A DNA stretch of 64,000 nucleotides, from positions 157,604,001-157,668,000 of the forward strand of contig OX597815.1 in assembly GCA_951406725.2 (NCBI GenBank), written 5' to 3'. The notes beneath the pieces are model-generated. The model was not told the origin of the DNA. It worked only from the letters and a program-made list of their open reading frames with translations, and did no database searches. Positions 43,605-56,400 of the stretch are shown here, piece by piece; position 1 is the first letter of the stretch; the number at the start of each line of letters is the position of its first letter. Made by a program: the position numbers and the translations under genes. Source of the stretch: Octopus vulgaris (lineage: Eukaryota).

Positions 43605-46600
43605 TTACTCTACTTGTTCTGTTTTCATTTCTTCCATTTGTTTCAATTCTTCACTAATTTCTGAATTAGATAATGAACCATCTGTCTTAGAAGTTGTTGC
43701 TGCTTCTGTTATTATTACTTCATTTTTTTTTTCTTCTTCACTGCTACTGCATCCAGCATTGGTGTTCATTCTTAGGGCTGTCCTGAGCAAACAGACATGA
43801 TCAAAGTCATTCCTTATGTACACAATAGGCTTCTTTCAATTTCCATGTACTCTACTCACAAAGTTTTGATCAGCCTGGGCTATAGTAGAATACATTTGCC
43901 CAAGCTGTCATGCAGTAGGGAACCTGAAAACATGTGATTGAGAAGTAACCTTCTCAATCATAAACCCACACCTGCATCATGTATGAAAACCCATCAAGCT
44001 TTGTGCAAAGCACAGACAGTCCAACTAAAGTGTTTGACAACAGCAGGAATTCTTTCATGCTGACATAGCAATGGAGGTAAAGGTAGTAAACTTCTTATCT
44101 CAGCTTAAATGAGCAAGAGGAAAGTCAGTTGTCAATTTCTTGAAATGAACTTTGTCTTCGCTTATTTTAGGGTGTTTAGTAGATATGTTATGAGACAGAG
44201 ATTATGAATGGTTGAGCTGAACTAAATCATTGTCTCCAACTTGGTGTTGATAAGAACAATAGAAAAATGAACTGAGATTCACTGTGGATAAATCAAAAGT
44301 TTGGCAGATTGAATTTCAGAGATTACCCACCATCTCATGAGATAGTTAAAAATTGCCCAAATGATTACTCTATGAAGAAAGAAATTAGTCAATAACTAAT
44401 ATTATTTTAAACATTTCAGTAAGTATGGATATATTGTGGGTTTATTGTGGTGCTGGATTGGCAGATTCCATAGAGTGCTGGACAACATACCTTGCAAAAT
44501 TTAGTTGTGTCATTCTATATCTTGAGTTCAGATCCTGTTGAAGTTGACTTTGCTACATCCCTTTCAGGGGTTGATAATATAATGTATGAGTCAAGTACTC
44601 GGGTGGAAATAATTGACTGTTTCCCCTCTCTTCAAATTTCTCATCATGTGTCTGCATTGAGGTGTGTAGTTGACAGTTGTCATAATGGTCATAGAACGAA
44701 AGATGTGAGGTATTGGTGGTTGAGCTGGGTTCTGGCTATGTATAATGAATGCACAATGGTCGTGAACATTTAACAGAATTTTATTTTACCACATAAATAT
44801 TTTCCATCTTGATCATGAATTGGAAATGTGACAAAGTTTACACACTGGAAAGGACAATTCTGTAGCTCTTACAAATAGCGGTTTATGATCAAGAAGGTTC
44901 TGTAAATTACCACAGGAGAAACTATACCATGCTGGGTTCATGATTGCAAAATAGCTGCTATCTACTAGGTTGAGTAAAGAGTCATGAAAACAATTGTTAA
45001 GAGCGACAACATGAGAATGTAGCTAACTTAGCTGTGGGTGCCCACACACTGGAAAATGACACCCAGAGCATGCCTATTCATAAATTTTGATAGATGTTCT
45101 AGGGATCTTTTTGGTTTGAACGGCAGTTTTTTAAAATAATTACCTATTTCTTTACTACCCACAAGGGGCTAAACACAGAGAGGACAAACATAATGATTAA
45201 GTCGATTATATCGACCCCAGTGCGTAACTGGTACTTAATTTATCGACCCCAAAAGGATGAAAGGCAAAGTCGACCTCGGCGGAATTTGAACTCAGAACGT
45301 AACGACAGACGAAATGCCGCTAAGCATTTCGCCCGGTGTGCTAACAACTCTGCCAGCTCGCCGCCTTTTTAAAATAATTACCGCGTAACTAAACACTTTT
45401 AAACTTCATATACTGGTAGAATGTGTTTATAAAACATCTTTTCTCTTGGCATTTTTGAGAAAATTCTATGGTTTGTAAGATATTTGTTGTTTTTTTCTTC
45501 AATTTCAACCAATCAGTGACGTCTATTGAGGTAAAAAAACATTCTGTGCCATATGAATATGACCCTCGTTTAAGAAACAGATTGGGTTTATTTACATTTG
45601 TGAAAAAAAAAAGATACCCTTCCTTCCACCCCTAACCCTAAAACTGATTGAAATGCAATAGATCGATACTAGGGTCATAATTATGGGTGACAATTTCATA
45701 TGACACTGCTAGAAAAAACTGCCGTTCAAACCGAAAAGATCCTGTTCTAGCAGCTTCTAGAAATATGCATCACATGATGTTTCGATGCTGATTGGTCCAT
45801 AACTTGGTGGATCACATGAAAAGGCTGTTACTAAGCCGTGATTTTGACTCGGCAATTTGTTGATTCAGCTTTGAATCTGTTACATGTCTCTACGTTAGAA
45901 ACAATTATGACCCTACCAAGTGAAATGTGTAATTCACTGGACCAGCCGAAATCATGATGGAAGAATCATTAAGTAAATGTAAATGTGATTATACAGTGGC
46001 TGCTGTCGAAAACTAGATTTATTTACAAAATAAATGTGGGATGGGGAAGCACTCCGTCGATTACGACGACGAGGGTTCCGGTTGAGCCGAATCAACGGAA
46101 CAGCCTGCTCGTGAAATTAACGTGTAAGTGGCTGAGCACTCCACAGACACGTGTACCCTTAACGTAGTTCTCGGGAATATTCAGCGTGACACAGAGAGTG
46201 ACAAGGCCGGCCCTTTGAAATACAGGTACAACAGAAACAGGAAGTAAGAGTGAGAGAATGTTGTGGTGAAAGAGTACAGCAGGGATCACCACCATCCCCT
46301 GCCGGAGCCTCGTGGAACTTTAGGTGTTTTCGCTCAATAAACACTCACAACGCCCGGTCTGGGAATCGAAACCGCGAGTCCGCTGCCCTAACCACTGGGC
46401 CATTGCGCCTCCACACAAAATAAATGTAAGTAACTGTGAAACAAAACTGTCAATATTGTAGTGGTAAGTTTATTATTATTATTATTAACCAAGTATACTT
46501 TTTGAGCTTACAACGCTAATAACCATAGAAAAGATGTAAACAAAACAACCTCTAGTTATTTTTCTTCTCAAAACACATCGACCTGCAAAGAGCAGGCAGA

Positions 46601-46834
46601 TTGTTTCGATTCACATTTGTTTTGAAACTTTCCATTTCCATACCTTACTAATACATCTTTCAAAAATATAGCTAAATATATAAGAAGTATACATTTCGTT
46701 TCGTCTAAATCTGTGCAGAGCAAAATCATATTCATCAGAAAAACGTATTTAAGTTTTCCAGAAAGATTGCCGAGCAAGCAGATTTCACCATTCAAGTTCG
46801 GTTTACGATTCACACTATTTCTATTTCCTAACAT
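43605..46834 (-). CDS. Candidate orphan gene, 2 exons (46834-46644, 43782-43605; 122 aa), or a 54-aa acidic micropeptide from the exon-2 ATG
   Basis: Exon 2 is E/K/S-rich (MNTNAGCSSSEEEKKNEVIITEAATTSKTDGSLSNSEISEELKQMEEMKTEQVE) with a TTGCTCAG acceptor; the AG|GTATGG donor joins in frame. No homolog recognised. Confidence 0.35.
45103..45742. mobile_element. GG-ended MITE with 8-bp TSD (Merlin-like), carrying a nested SINE
   Basis: TIR GGATCTTTT(T/C)GGTTTGAACGGCAGTTTTT; TSD TGTTCTAG at 45095-45102 and 45743-45750; internal CCCTAACCCTAA. Confidence 0.85.
45145..45365 (-). mobile_element. Young SINE nested in the MITE
   Basis: TSD TTTTTAAAATAATTACC on both sides; CpG-rich. Confidence 0.88.
46038..46414 (-). 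mobile_element. Young tRNA-derived SINE
   Basis: Head GGCGCAATGGCCCAGTGGTTAGGGCAGCGGAC..GGTTTCGATTCCC; 13-bp TSD ACAAAATAAATGT at 46025-46037 and 46415-46427. Confidence 0.88.
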
Positions 46835-46989
46835 TACTGATGGTTATTATTATTTTTTTAATCCTAAATATTTCATTTTGACCAGTTCTACGAAAAGAGA
46901 AACCATATCATCAGAAAACTAATTTAAGTTTTACAATAAGAAAAACTCTGCAGAGTGGAAATGCATTTTTTTTTGGTTAGAATTCTAAA

Positions 46990-47347
46990 TAATGGAATTT
47001 GATTGGTTACTGTTATAACACCCCCCACCTTGCTACTGTCACTCACAAACAAACCGGAAGTCATCATCATATTTTGTTTTGTCAGAAATTAACCGATCAA
47101 CAAGCAGACATCTTCGAACTCAATATAAGAGTTTCGTCCACTTTATTTTAAAAAAAAAACCAAGAGCCTACATATATGTAAATAATAATAATAACTCATT
47201 ACTATTTCTTCAAATAGTTATTTATTTATTTCCTTTGTGTCTAAACCTCTTCTTCCGGACTCCCCAACAGTTTATTTCGTCTTCACTCTGTTCCCGTCTG
47301 TAATTTTTAAATGACTGTTCTTTCATCTTTATCCAATTCAACTGAAC
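46990..47347. promoter_or_regulatory. RMND5A promoter / 5' UTR, possibly bidirectional
   Basis: CCGGAAGT (ETS/GABP consensus) at 47054-47061, ATTGG (CCAAT) at 47002-47006, CTTCCGG at 47252-47258; repeat-free. Confidence 0.55.
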
Positions 47348-47483
47348 ATGGATATTTGTCTTACGGTGGAGAAGGAATTAGAAAAAGTTTTATCAAAATT
47401 CACTGCACTTCGGGAACATACACAGCGAGCTTTGGGTGACATAGCAACCTCTGTAGACAATATCAAGAAAGAAATCAGTGAAG
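47348..47483 (+). CDS. RMND5A: RMND5A exon 1
   Basis: MDICLTVEKELEKVLSKFTALREHTQRALGDIATSVDNIKKEISE. Confidence 0.92.
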
Positions 47484-50400
47484 GTATATATTGTCTATTT
47501 ACATACGTTTAACTACTACTTAATATTTATTGTTGTTTATTGTTTTGCAAGCATGCAAATAAGAGTTTATTCTGCATGTTTGAATCGTGTTTTTGCTAAA
47601 TTATAAATACATATTTCAACATCCCGCATACCTCCATAAATATATGGGTTTTACTGTGAAAGAAATCAGCGTATAGTATGTGAATGCATAATGCAAGGGG
47701 TTAAGCTCTTTCTGAGACCTTGATTTCAATTCTCGGTTCATAGTTAAGGCATAAATGTCTCAAATATCAATTTTCTTCCATGACATATGGTTGAACAAAC
47801 GGTAAATATAACTCAATACATGGGTATGTATTTATATTTTAATCAGTTTTCATAGGCACGTGTTTCGTACATGTTACTTCTATATAAATCAGACATATAT
47901 AGGAATCAGTTATTTTTGTGGTTTCGTTTATTCAGTACCTCATTTATTTATATACCTCCCACCGCATTTAAATATTCTCTGATGATTGTGTGAAGCTAAG
48001 AAAGAAGGCAAATATGTATCGACATAAAAGAAAACAGTTTTTACACTTTTTTGTCATCCATCAGGGAGGAACGGTAACTCATGCGAGCAAATTAGTAAAA
48101 ATTGTTTTGCATTTTATACAACTGCTATTTATAATAATAATAATAATAATAATACACAAAAACTATAAATAAAGCTTACTTTTAATGATCCTGTGCCTTA
48201 TGACGAAATCGCTTTTTAGCCTTTGTGGAAGGATTCAACCTCACACTATTTCATTTTCTTTCTCAATTTAGTCTCCACCTTATTAATTAAACTCCTGTCT
48301 TATCGACTCCTTTCAATATATGCTCCCAGAATTAATAAAATTAGCGTTATTGACTCTAGGTAGTTTTCTGCAGAAATCATCTCACACACTCGTTGGAAAG
48401 GCTTTGTTATTGCTATATTTTGCCACTATAACATAACAAGGCGCCATGACTCATTAGTATTTCCGTTGTGGCCATTTAATAAGCTATATAGAAAAAAAAT
48501 AAATATCACGAAATATATAAATAATAAAGTTGAATGGTTTATAATGTTGAGAAGGTAGAGTAAATGTAAAAGTCTTTTGTTTGAATTTACGATAAGAAAT
48601 TTAAAAAAAACATACCATGCATTATATACACATATACAGGACAACAAATGAGAAAAAGTAGGCAAATTTCCCCGAATTAAAACCTGCCGTCTTGAAAAAC
48701 GAATGACATTAGACAATGTAATCCTGGATATACAAAAAGACTGGTTGGGTACGGTTGTAGCGCTCTCAGTGAGGGCTGATTTGGGGCTAAACGGCGAACA
48801 TTTGTTTGTATGAATTCGTTTCAGTATTTTATAAAACCATGCACAAATCATAATAATGGAATTTTGTTGTGTTTAAAATATATTATCTATAAGAAATATG
48901 TATAGATATTTGGATACTATTTAAGAAGAGTGGTCCCGGTGCGCGCACTCGCGCATCCACGCTAGCTAGTCGTGACTAGTTGATCCTTACTTTGTTTAAA
49001 AAAAATTATTTACTTTGCTAGGTAGTCGTTGTAGGATCGACTATCTAGCGCAGATGCCCGAGTGCGCGCACCGGGACCACTCTTCTTAAATAGTACCGAT
49101 ATTTGGTAGTAATAAAATGACCGAGTATCATAAACTATAAAGGAATATGACAGACCGTTGTTTTTGCTGTCTTCTATTAGGGCTTACTTTGAAGCAAAAG
49201 CGATATCCTAAACAATAAGATCGTCACAAATAAATGAAAACTTTCTATTTCTATTCTAAATACCTCGTAATAAACCTTGTCTCACACATACAAGCACCAT
49301 AGGCCCTGCACGGTTTTCAGGTTTACAAAACAATTTATTTCTGGGCGTTCTTTGTCAACATTAATTGTCCCTGTCAAGCAGAGATATTTTTTGTGAGCAT
49401 TTTGTTATTTGATTGGCCAGCTTCATCTGAATTAGTTGCCTAGTACTCGTCTGTTATTTGATCAACCATATTTATTTTTAGGGGGTTGTAAAAATGCTGT
49501 TATCTTGGTCGTGAATAGACAGCTTTTCAAAATAAGTAATGGATATACATGTTGAATTACTTACGTATATATCATTGTATATATGTACATATCATCATCA
49601 TTATTTATATTCGTTGTCCTTTCTGGCAAGGGTTGGACTAACACAGTAGTACATTGGCCACTATGTTCAAAGAACACCCTCACTGATAGTTAGGTCTCCT
49701 AGGCAACAAGTTATCACCTACTTCTAGAGAACCACTTGTGCATTGGATGCAGTCTATTTTGCAAGTAATCTTGGTACTTACTGATCCTGTGCACCTACTG
49801 CTTGTGAAATTTTCCCCCTCTGTTAACCTACTGGGAGTAAGCTCATCTTGTTCACATTTCATTTTTACCTTGGTTTTTCTGGCTGAAAACCCTTCCTATC
49901 ACTAACTACTTTTCAAAATGTACTGGGGTTCATTTTTTTCTGGCACCAGCATTGTAGAGATATCCTGTCCTAGAAAAAATTAAAGGGTCCTCACAGCCTC
50001 AGTTTTTACAAAGTGAGCTCGTTGTGTTTTTTGTGACACCAGCACTAGAGAGGTAGCTATGTCCTTAACATGACTGTAACGGTAAATTAAGTGGAGTCAG
50101 TGGTCACCAGTTGTAATGGTATAGTATTAGGGTGTGTGTTGGTGTCAGCTATTACCAATTGTAATGGGTGTTGATGTTGCTGATGTGCAAGATTAAAGAA
50201 GAACAGTGATCGAAGTTGTAAACAAACATTTATTTACCATTACTTTGTATATAGCCAAACATGACGGTCTGGTATGACAAAGAGAGATATCCTAGATTTC
50301 CCTTGTTCTTGTCATTATGTAGTAGTAAACTACAGATATAATGTTGTAGAGATGAGAAAGTGAGCTAGTGAGAGCGGTAGGACGAAACAACTGCTTTGTT

Positions 50401-53400
50401 GGTGAGTTACCATAATTGTCTCTCTGTGATTTTTCTTTGAGACGGCGTTTCGTTGACCCAGTCAGCCAAATGGAGTTCTTGTATTTATAACTATACAAAA
50501 CTAGTTAGAAGAATAGATATATTGCAGAGAACAATAGATATTCTTTGGGGGTCTGTTATCTCAATTCCATTCTCCACTGCATACAAGCAGTTAGAAGGGT
50601 CAAGTTAGCAAAGCCATATGTTAAATGTAACCATTGTTTTCTGTGAGAAAAATGCTAATGAAATATTATGGGAAATTTGCTGATTTATGTTCGAATCTAC
50701 TCTATGTCGAAATGAAGTCCGCTACATTACACCCCCCCCCCCCAGAACTTCTAAGAAGAAGAAACGAACGATCTAGGAAGAAAAAGCAATGCATTACTCA
50801 AGGAAAATTTCGCATATCAGGAGAGAGGATCATTGAAGTGTATACAGACAATTTTTTGTTTGGATAAGTCCAAATAGCGGTGTCACTTTGTGGAAAAAAT
50901 GTGCAGTCAGTGACAGGGCAGTGTGGGAATGAGTTAGCATATACATGCATGTGAGGGCATATACACGAGTTCAGGTGCACCTATCACAATTTACTGTAAA
51001 ATAAGCTCAGTTGAGAAAATGAGTGTATTCTTAATTTATGATATCGTAGAATTTCATGCAGGGTTCCATTGTGTGAAATGCCTTGAAGGTTTTTCAGAAA
51101 TGAAATATGCCTGGTGTTATTGTCGTGGGTAATTGCTGAGGTTACCAAGACAGTATGGCATGCTGCAGTGATGCATGAAACAGGTAATTTTCTCCATTTA
51201 TTACATGACCAAACAGGGGTCTAACAGATGGAAGTTATGTCTGAACATGAGCAAAGAGAGCATGTGAACATCCAATGTGCATCTAGTTGGGAAAGAGTTG
51301 AGCAGGCACAGACGTATTGAAAACAAGGCAGTTGAGGCATGTGTGTATTCAAATGCATGCGCAAGGCCAGGCGCCGAGGAAAGGTGCATGCGTGTATGCA
51401 ACTAGGTGCAAGGCTGAGGCAGGGCAGTATGCTAGTGCAGTGATTACAGTGTTGAATATGCCTGTGACAGATATTGAATGCTTTGGAAGCGAAAGTGAGG
51501 CATGTTGGCACATAAATGACAAACAACTTTCTCCATTAAATACATAACTGACATGTAGTCTTACAGAGGCGAGTTGTGTCTACAAGGCATAGAGAGGATG
51601 AGAAACAAGCGAGAAAGGCATTGTGTGGTGCATGAATGTGACAGTGTTAGCATGCAGGTATATATATGAACAGGCGGTGAGCTGGCAGAAACATTAGTGC
51701 GCCGGACGAAATGCTTAGCGGTATTTCGTCTGCCGCTATGTTCTGAGTTCAAATTCCGCCGAGGTTGACTTTGCCTTTCATCCTTTCGGGGTCGATAAAT
51801 TAAGTACCAGTTACGCACTGGGGTCGATGTAATCGACTTAATACCTATGTCTGTCCTTGTTTGTCCCCTCTATGTTTAGCCCCTTGTGGGTAATAAAGAA
51901 ATAGGTATATATATGAACATTGTGTGGTGCAGCAAAATAAATGAACAGTATAGAAATGAGTAAACAAAAGTGGCAAACTTAGCTGAAAATAGTGTGTTTT
52001 CTTAAAAGTCTACTACTGAAAACTGAAAGAAAAAAAAAGTGCATGCAAAGAAAGAGTTGAGAGTCTCTATGTGAGTTTTATATTTGCAGAAAAGTTCGTA
52101 GATAATAAAGGCAGTGAGCGGGCAAAATGCTTAGCGGTATTTTGTCTGCCGTTAGGTTCTGCGTTTGCTCTCTGACAACAATAAACTTATGTGATTCCAA
52201 TAAGAGTTGACTTAGATCCTGATGATCTGTCTAATCCATGCATGTATCAAAAGTGGACATAACAATGATGAAATATATATATATGGAGGAGCACTGGAGC
52301 CCTCTGTTTGACTCCTCCAGTCACTGGGTTCTCCCTGCTCAACCCACTCCATTGCACTTACCACTTTGTCTGCTCCCTTTCGCGCTAACCTCTGATATTA
52401 CACTTCCCTTTTCCCCGTCTTTTTCATTACCCCCGCCTCAAATGCTCCTCTCTTAGTCTATCCTCTACCATCCTTTAAATCTGTTTCTTCCAACCTACTT
52501 TAACTTCTACACTTTCAGTCAGACAGCCTCTTTATTGTATTGGCATCATGTAAAAGCACCTAGTACACTCTGTAATTGGTTGGTAAATTCAATCAAGAAG
52601 CAATAACACAGAACTTGAGGAGGCCGTTTAATCTTGTCATGGGTAAGGCAACCTCTTCAGTGTGGGTCTCATGATCATAAGGAAAAAAAAAGAAGAAAAA
52701 AATGTAGCCAGTACACTGTAAAGTGATTGGTATTAGGAAAGACATCCAGCCATAGAAGCCATGATAAAACTAAGACATTAGTGCAAGATATCCTTCAACT
52801 CATTAGATCCTGTTGAACTGTCTAACTCATGCCAACATGGAAAGCAGACTTAAACCGATGATGATGATCATAACAGCAGTTACAAGAGAGAGCGTTTAAC
52901 AAAAACTGTCCCAGTAACCATATTCGTTGGTTTCACATGGTCTTTGATAAAGTTAATTATGAATGCTTACAAGCCAATGAAGTAGTAAGAAATAACAGTC
53001 AAATCTCCCTCAAGCCACACCCTACTACTTTAGAAAAGGAACAGAGACATTGGATAATGTGGTTCTGGGTGCATTGTACCAAAGCTGAGCTGGGATTAAC
53101 CCTTTTGTTACTGTATTTATTTTGAGATGCTCTGTGTTTTTTTCAATTATTTTAAACATAACAAAGAATTTAGTAAAATAACTCAGTTATCATTAAGTTA
53201 GTGTTAGGAACTTAAATTGTGACTAAGACTTGGTGGAAGATTTTAATTCAAAGCTTATGAAAACAAAACATTTGACCACTGAGCCAGAGCTGGTTTTGGC
53301 CGGGTTAGTAACAAAAGGGTTGAACAACATTTTGAATATCTACATGAACAATTCACATAAATTGGTAGACTTCGAGGCAGACCACATAACATTTTATAGC

Positions 53401-56400
53401 AGTTATGAGAATTTTCCCATTTACACAAAATGTTAAAATCCTTTTTCTTTTTTTGTGTGTGTCAGTCCTCATGTATTTACTGACAGTATTTTACATATGC
53501 TGGTTGATATACAAAGGCCATTGTAAGAACTCTGACAAACAGAAAACTCTTCAACCTGTCAAATATCAAGAGTATCACAATATAAAGGATGTCATCATCA
53601 TTATTTAACATCCATTTTCCATACTTGTAAGGGTTGGACAGTTTGACAAGAGCTGGTAAGGCCAAGGGCAGCACCATCTTCCATTGTCAGTTTTGACGTG
53701 GTTTCTATGGCTGGATGTCCTTCCTAGCACCAATCACTTCACAGGTTGCTTTTTATATGGCACCAGCACTGGTATCAATTCTGTTGTAGCAAGGTGCTAG
53801 ATATCTCAGACCTTGAGTATTTTTCCTGATTCTTTCACACACACACACACACACGCACACATTCTAAAAATAGCAAAAACTGCATCCCAAGACTACTTGT
53901 TATTTTGAGGATACACTCTTCAGAATATGTATCAGGTCATCCCATAAGTTCTGTCTGAATTTTAGATAAAGAAAACAAATGATCAAATGTTATATTTAAT
54001 TGAAATTCAGTCATTAATGTACTTTCTCGGATTATCTATGACTTTCTTCCATCTATTTACAAGCTTTTTAATCCCATCAATGTAAAACTCTTTTGGTTTC
54101 AAAGTGAAGAACTCTGAAATGTCAATTTCAACCTCCTCCTGGCTTGCAAAAGTTTTGTCCCCCAAATGATTCTGTAAACTATGAAACAAATGGTATCCTG
54201 AAGGAGCAAGGTAGGGAGAATAAGGTAGATGAGGAATTTTTTCCCAACTAAGCTCTTCGATCTTCTGTGATGTGATCTTTGTAGTGTGGGGTTGCACATT
54301 GTCCTGATGAAAAATCACTCCTTTTCGATTCACTAATGCTGGTCTTTATTCTTCAAAGCTTGGTTCAAATGCTCTAATTGCTGACAGTAGACTTGAGTAT
54401 TGATTGTTGCATTAGATGGTAGCAATTCAAAGTGAATTACTTCTTTGCAATTCCTCCAGATAGAGAGAAAAACCTTTTTCCCATGAAGTTCCTTTCTTGG
54501 TAGTGGTTGAACTTTTTCCCTTTTACAAAGCCACTGTTTACAACATTTAACATTTCAATAGAAGATCCATTTTTTGTTACCAGTCACAAGTCTATCCAAA
54601 AAGAGTGAAATGAGTTCACAAGAATGGAGAGAAGAGCAGATGTCAACTCTGGATTTGCAGTTGCTTTTGGACAATTCATGAGGCACCCATTTTCCAAGTT
54701 GTTGAAGATGATGATGAGCAGTTGTATGGTTTGAACTAAGCTTTATTGCCAATTCTTCAACTGATAATGCAGGATTTTCTTCAAGTAATGCCTCAAGGAG
54801 CTTGTCATCAAACTCAATTGGACATCCTGTTCGATCTTCATCTTCAAGGCTGAAATCTCCACTTCTGAATTCTGCAAACCATCTGCAAGTTCTTTCATTC
54901 AAGCATTCTTTCCCATTAACTGAGTGTATGTTTTGAATCGCTTCGGCTGCAGAGTTTCCATTTTTGTATTCTTAATTCATTATGTGCCTTAAATGCTCTT
55001 TGGATACTTCCATGTTAGAGTTTTAATTAAAGAAATTTTAATTCTATTATTCTGTAAAATAATATTTAAATAGTTTAAATGTACACAAATGCATACAAAT
55101 GATTTTAAATTCCATTAGACATTCTAAAATACTATTAAATTTCATTCAATTTTAAAAAAGGTAATATCAGACTGAACTTACGGGATGACATGATAATACA
55201 TCATCTCTGTTCAACACGTGGCTTATTCTGTGTACATATTGGTGAACCAGAAAAGTTTGGGAGCAGCTCTATGTGCGAGTGTGTGCAATGTGGTATAATA
55301 GTAGAAACATTAGCAAATATGTCAATAGTACCAACACCATTTACTTTCTTACTGCAAGTGTTTAGGACTCACAAGTTCTGTGAAATCCTATATATTGCAA
55401 ATTCAAACCATGCAAGGAAAATGAATGATAAGGGATTGTCTAAATTCTGAACTATTTAAAGCCTAGCAGCAGTATCTTATAAAAAGAATTATTTTTCTAT
55501 ACTTATACCAGTTATATATCTTATTTCCCAAAGTGGTTTGATGTCAGAATCATATCACATTGGACAGCAAATCTTCCAGCTTTATAAGTTCTGAGTTCAA
55601 ACTCCACCTAGGGCAACTTTGCCTTACATCCTTTCAGGGTTTTAATAACACAAGGTACCAGTCAAGTACAGGGTTGATGTGATCAACTTGCCCACTCCCT
55701 GCAAAATTGTTGGCCTTGTGCCAAAATAAGAAAGAACTATTTCTCTAATTATCAAAAACAATTTTTTGCATAAATGATGTTATAACAATTTCCATTGGAT
55801 ACTATTAAAGAAGAAGAATGTAAGGAATTTTTGCTATGATTTATTTTCTGATTGTATACTTTTGTTTTCTTCAGTGCCTGCAGATCATGAGGTGTCTGCT
55901 ACCCAGTCTATGGTCCTGTCCCAAAGCCTGCGCCGAGTTCGAGATACAGTTTCTAGACTCAGCACCGAACACAAGGACCTTCACAGTACAGTATCCCGAG
56001 TGGGAAAAGCTATTGATAGAGTCAGTTGATTTTATTGTTTTTTTTTCCATATTTTTGTTTGTTTGTGTATTATTTAATTTTATCTCTTGTTAAAACTCTT
56101 TATTTTATCAATTTCATACGATACAAAAATACAGGAGCTACTTTTGTATTTTTTATACTGATCTACGTAGATATTAAAAATATTTTTTAAATATTCTTTA
56201 TGATATTTATGATGGGTTGTAATATAAGTTATTACTTATTATCTTGTTGATTTGAACTTGAAAACTTTTTATGTTGTAAGTCAAAATCAGACACAAAATT
56301 GTGTATGATCAAAGTATTTAGTATCATAAAAAAGTAATCAAGTATTTTTAGTATCACCTCTCTGTAATAATATAACATATCTATATAACTGTTTTGTAGT

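Noticed and set aside
45630-45641. Telomeric CCCTAA repeats
   Set aside because: Only two units, internal to a MITE.
48426-48851. 141-aa minus-strand ORF and the other 60-150-aa track ORFs
   Set aside because: Low-complexity AT-rich intronic or repeat-derived frames, or antisense to real exons; no domain or splice support.
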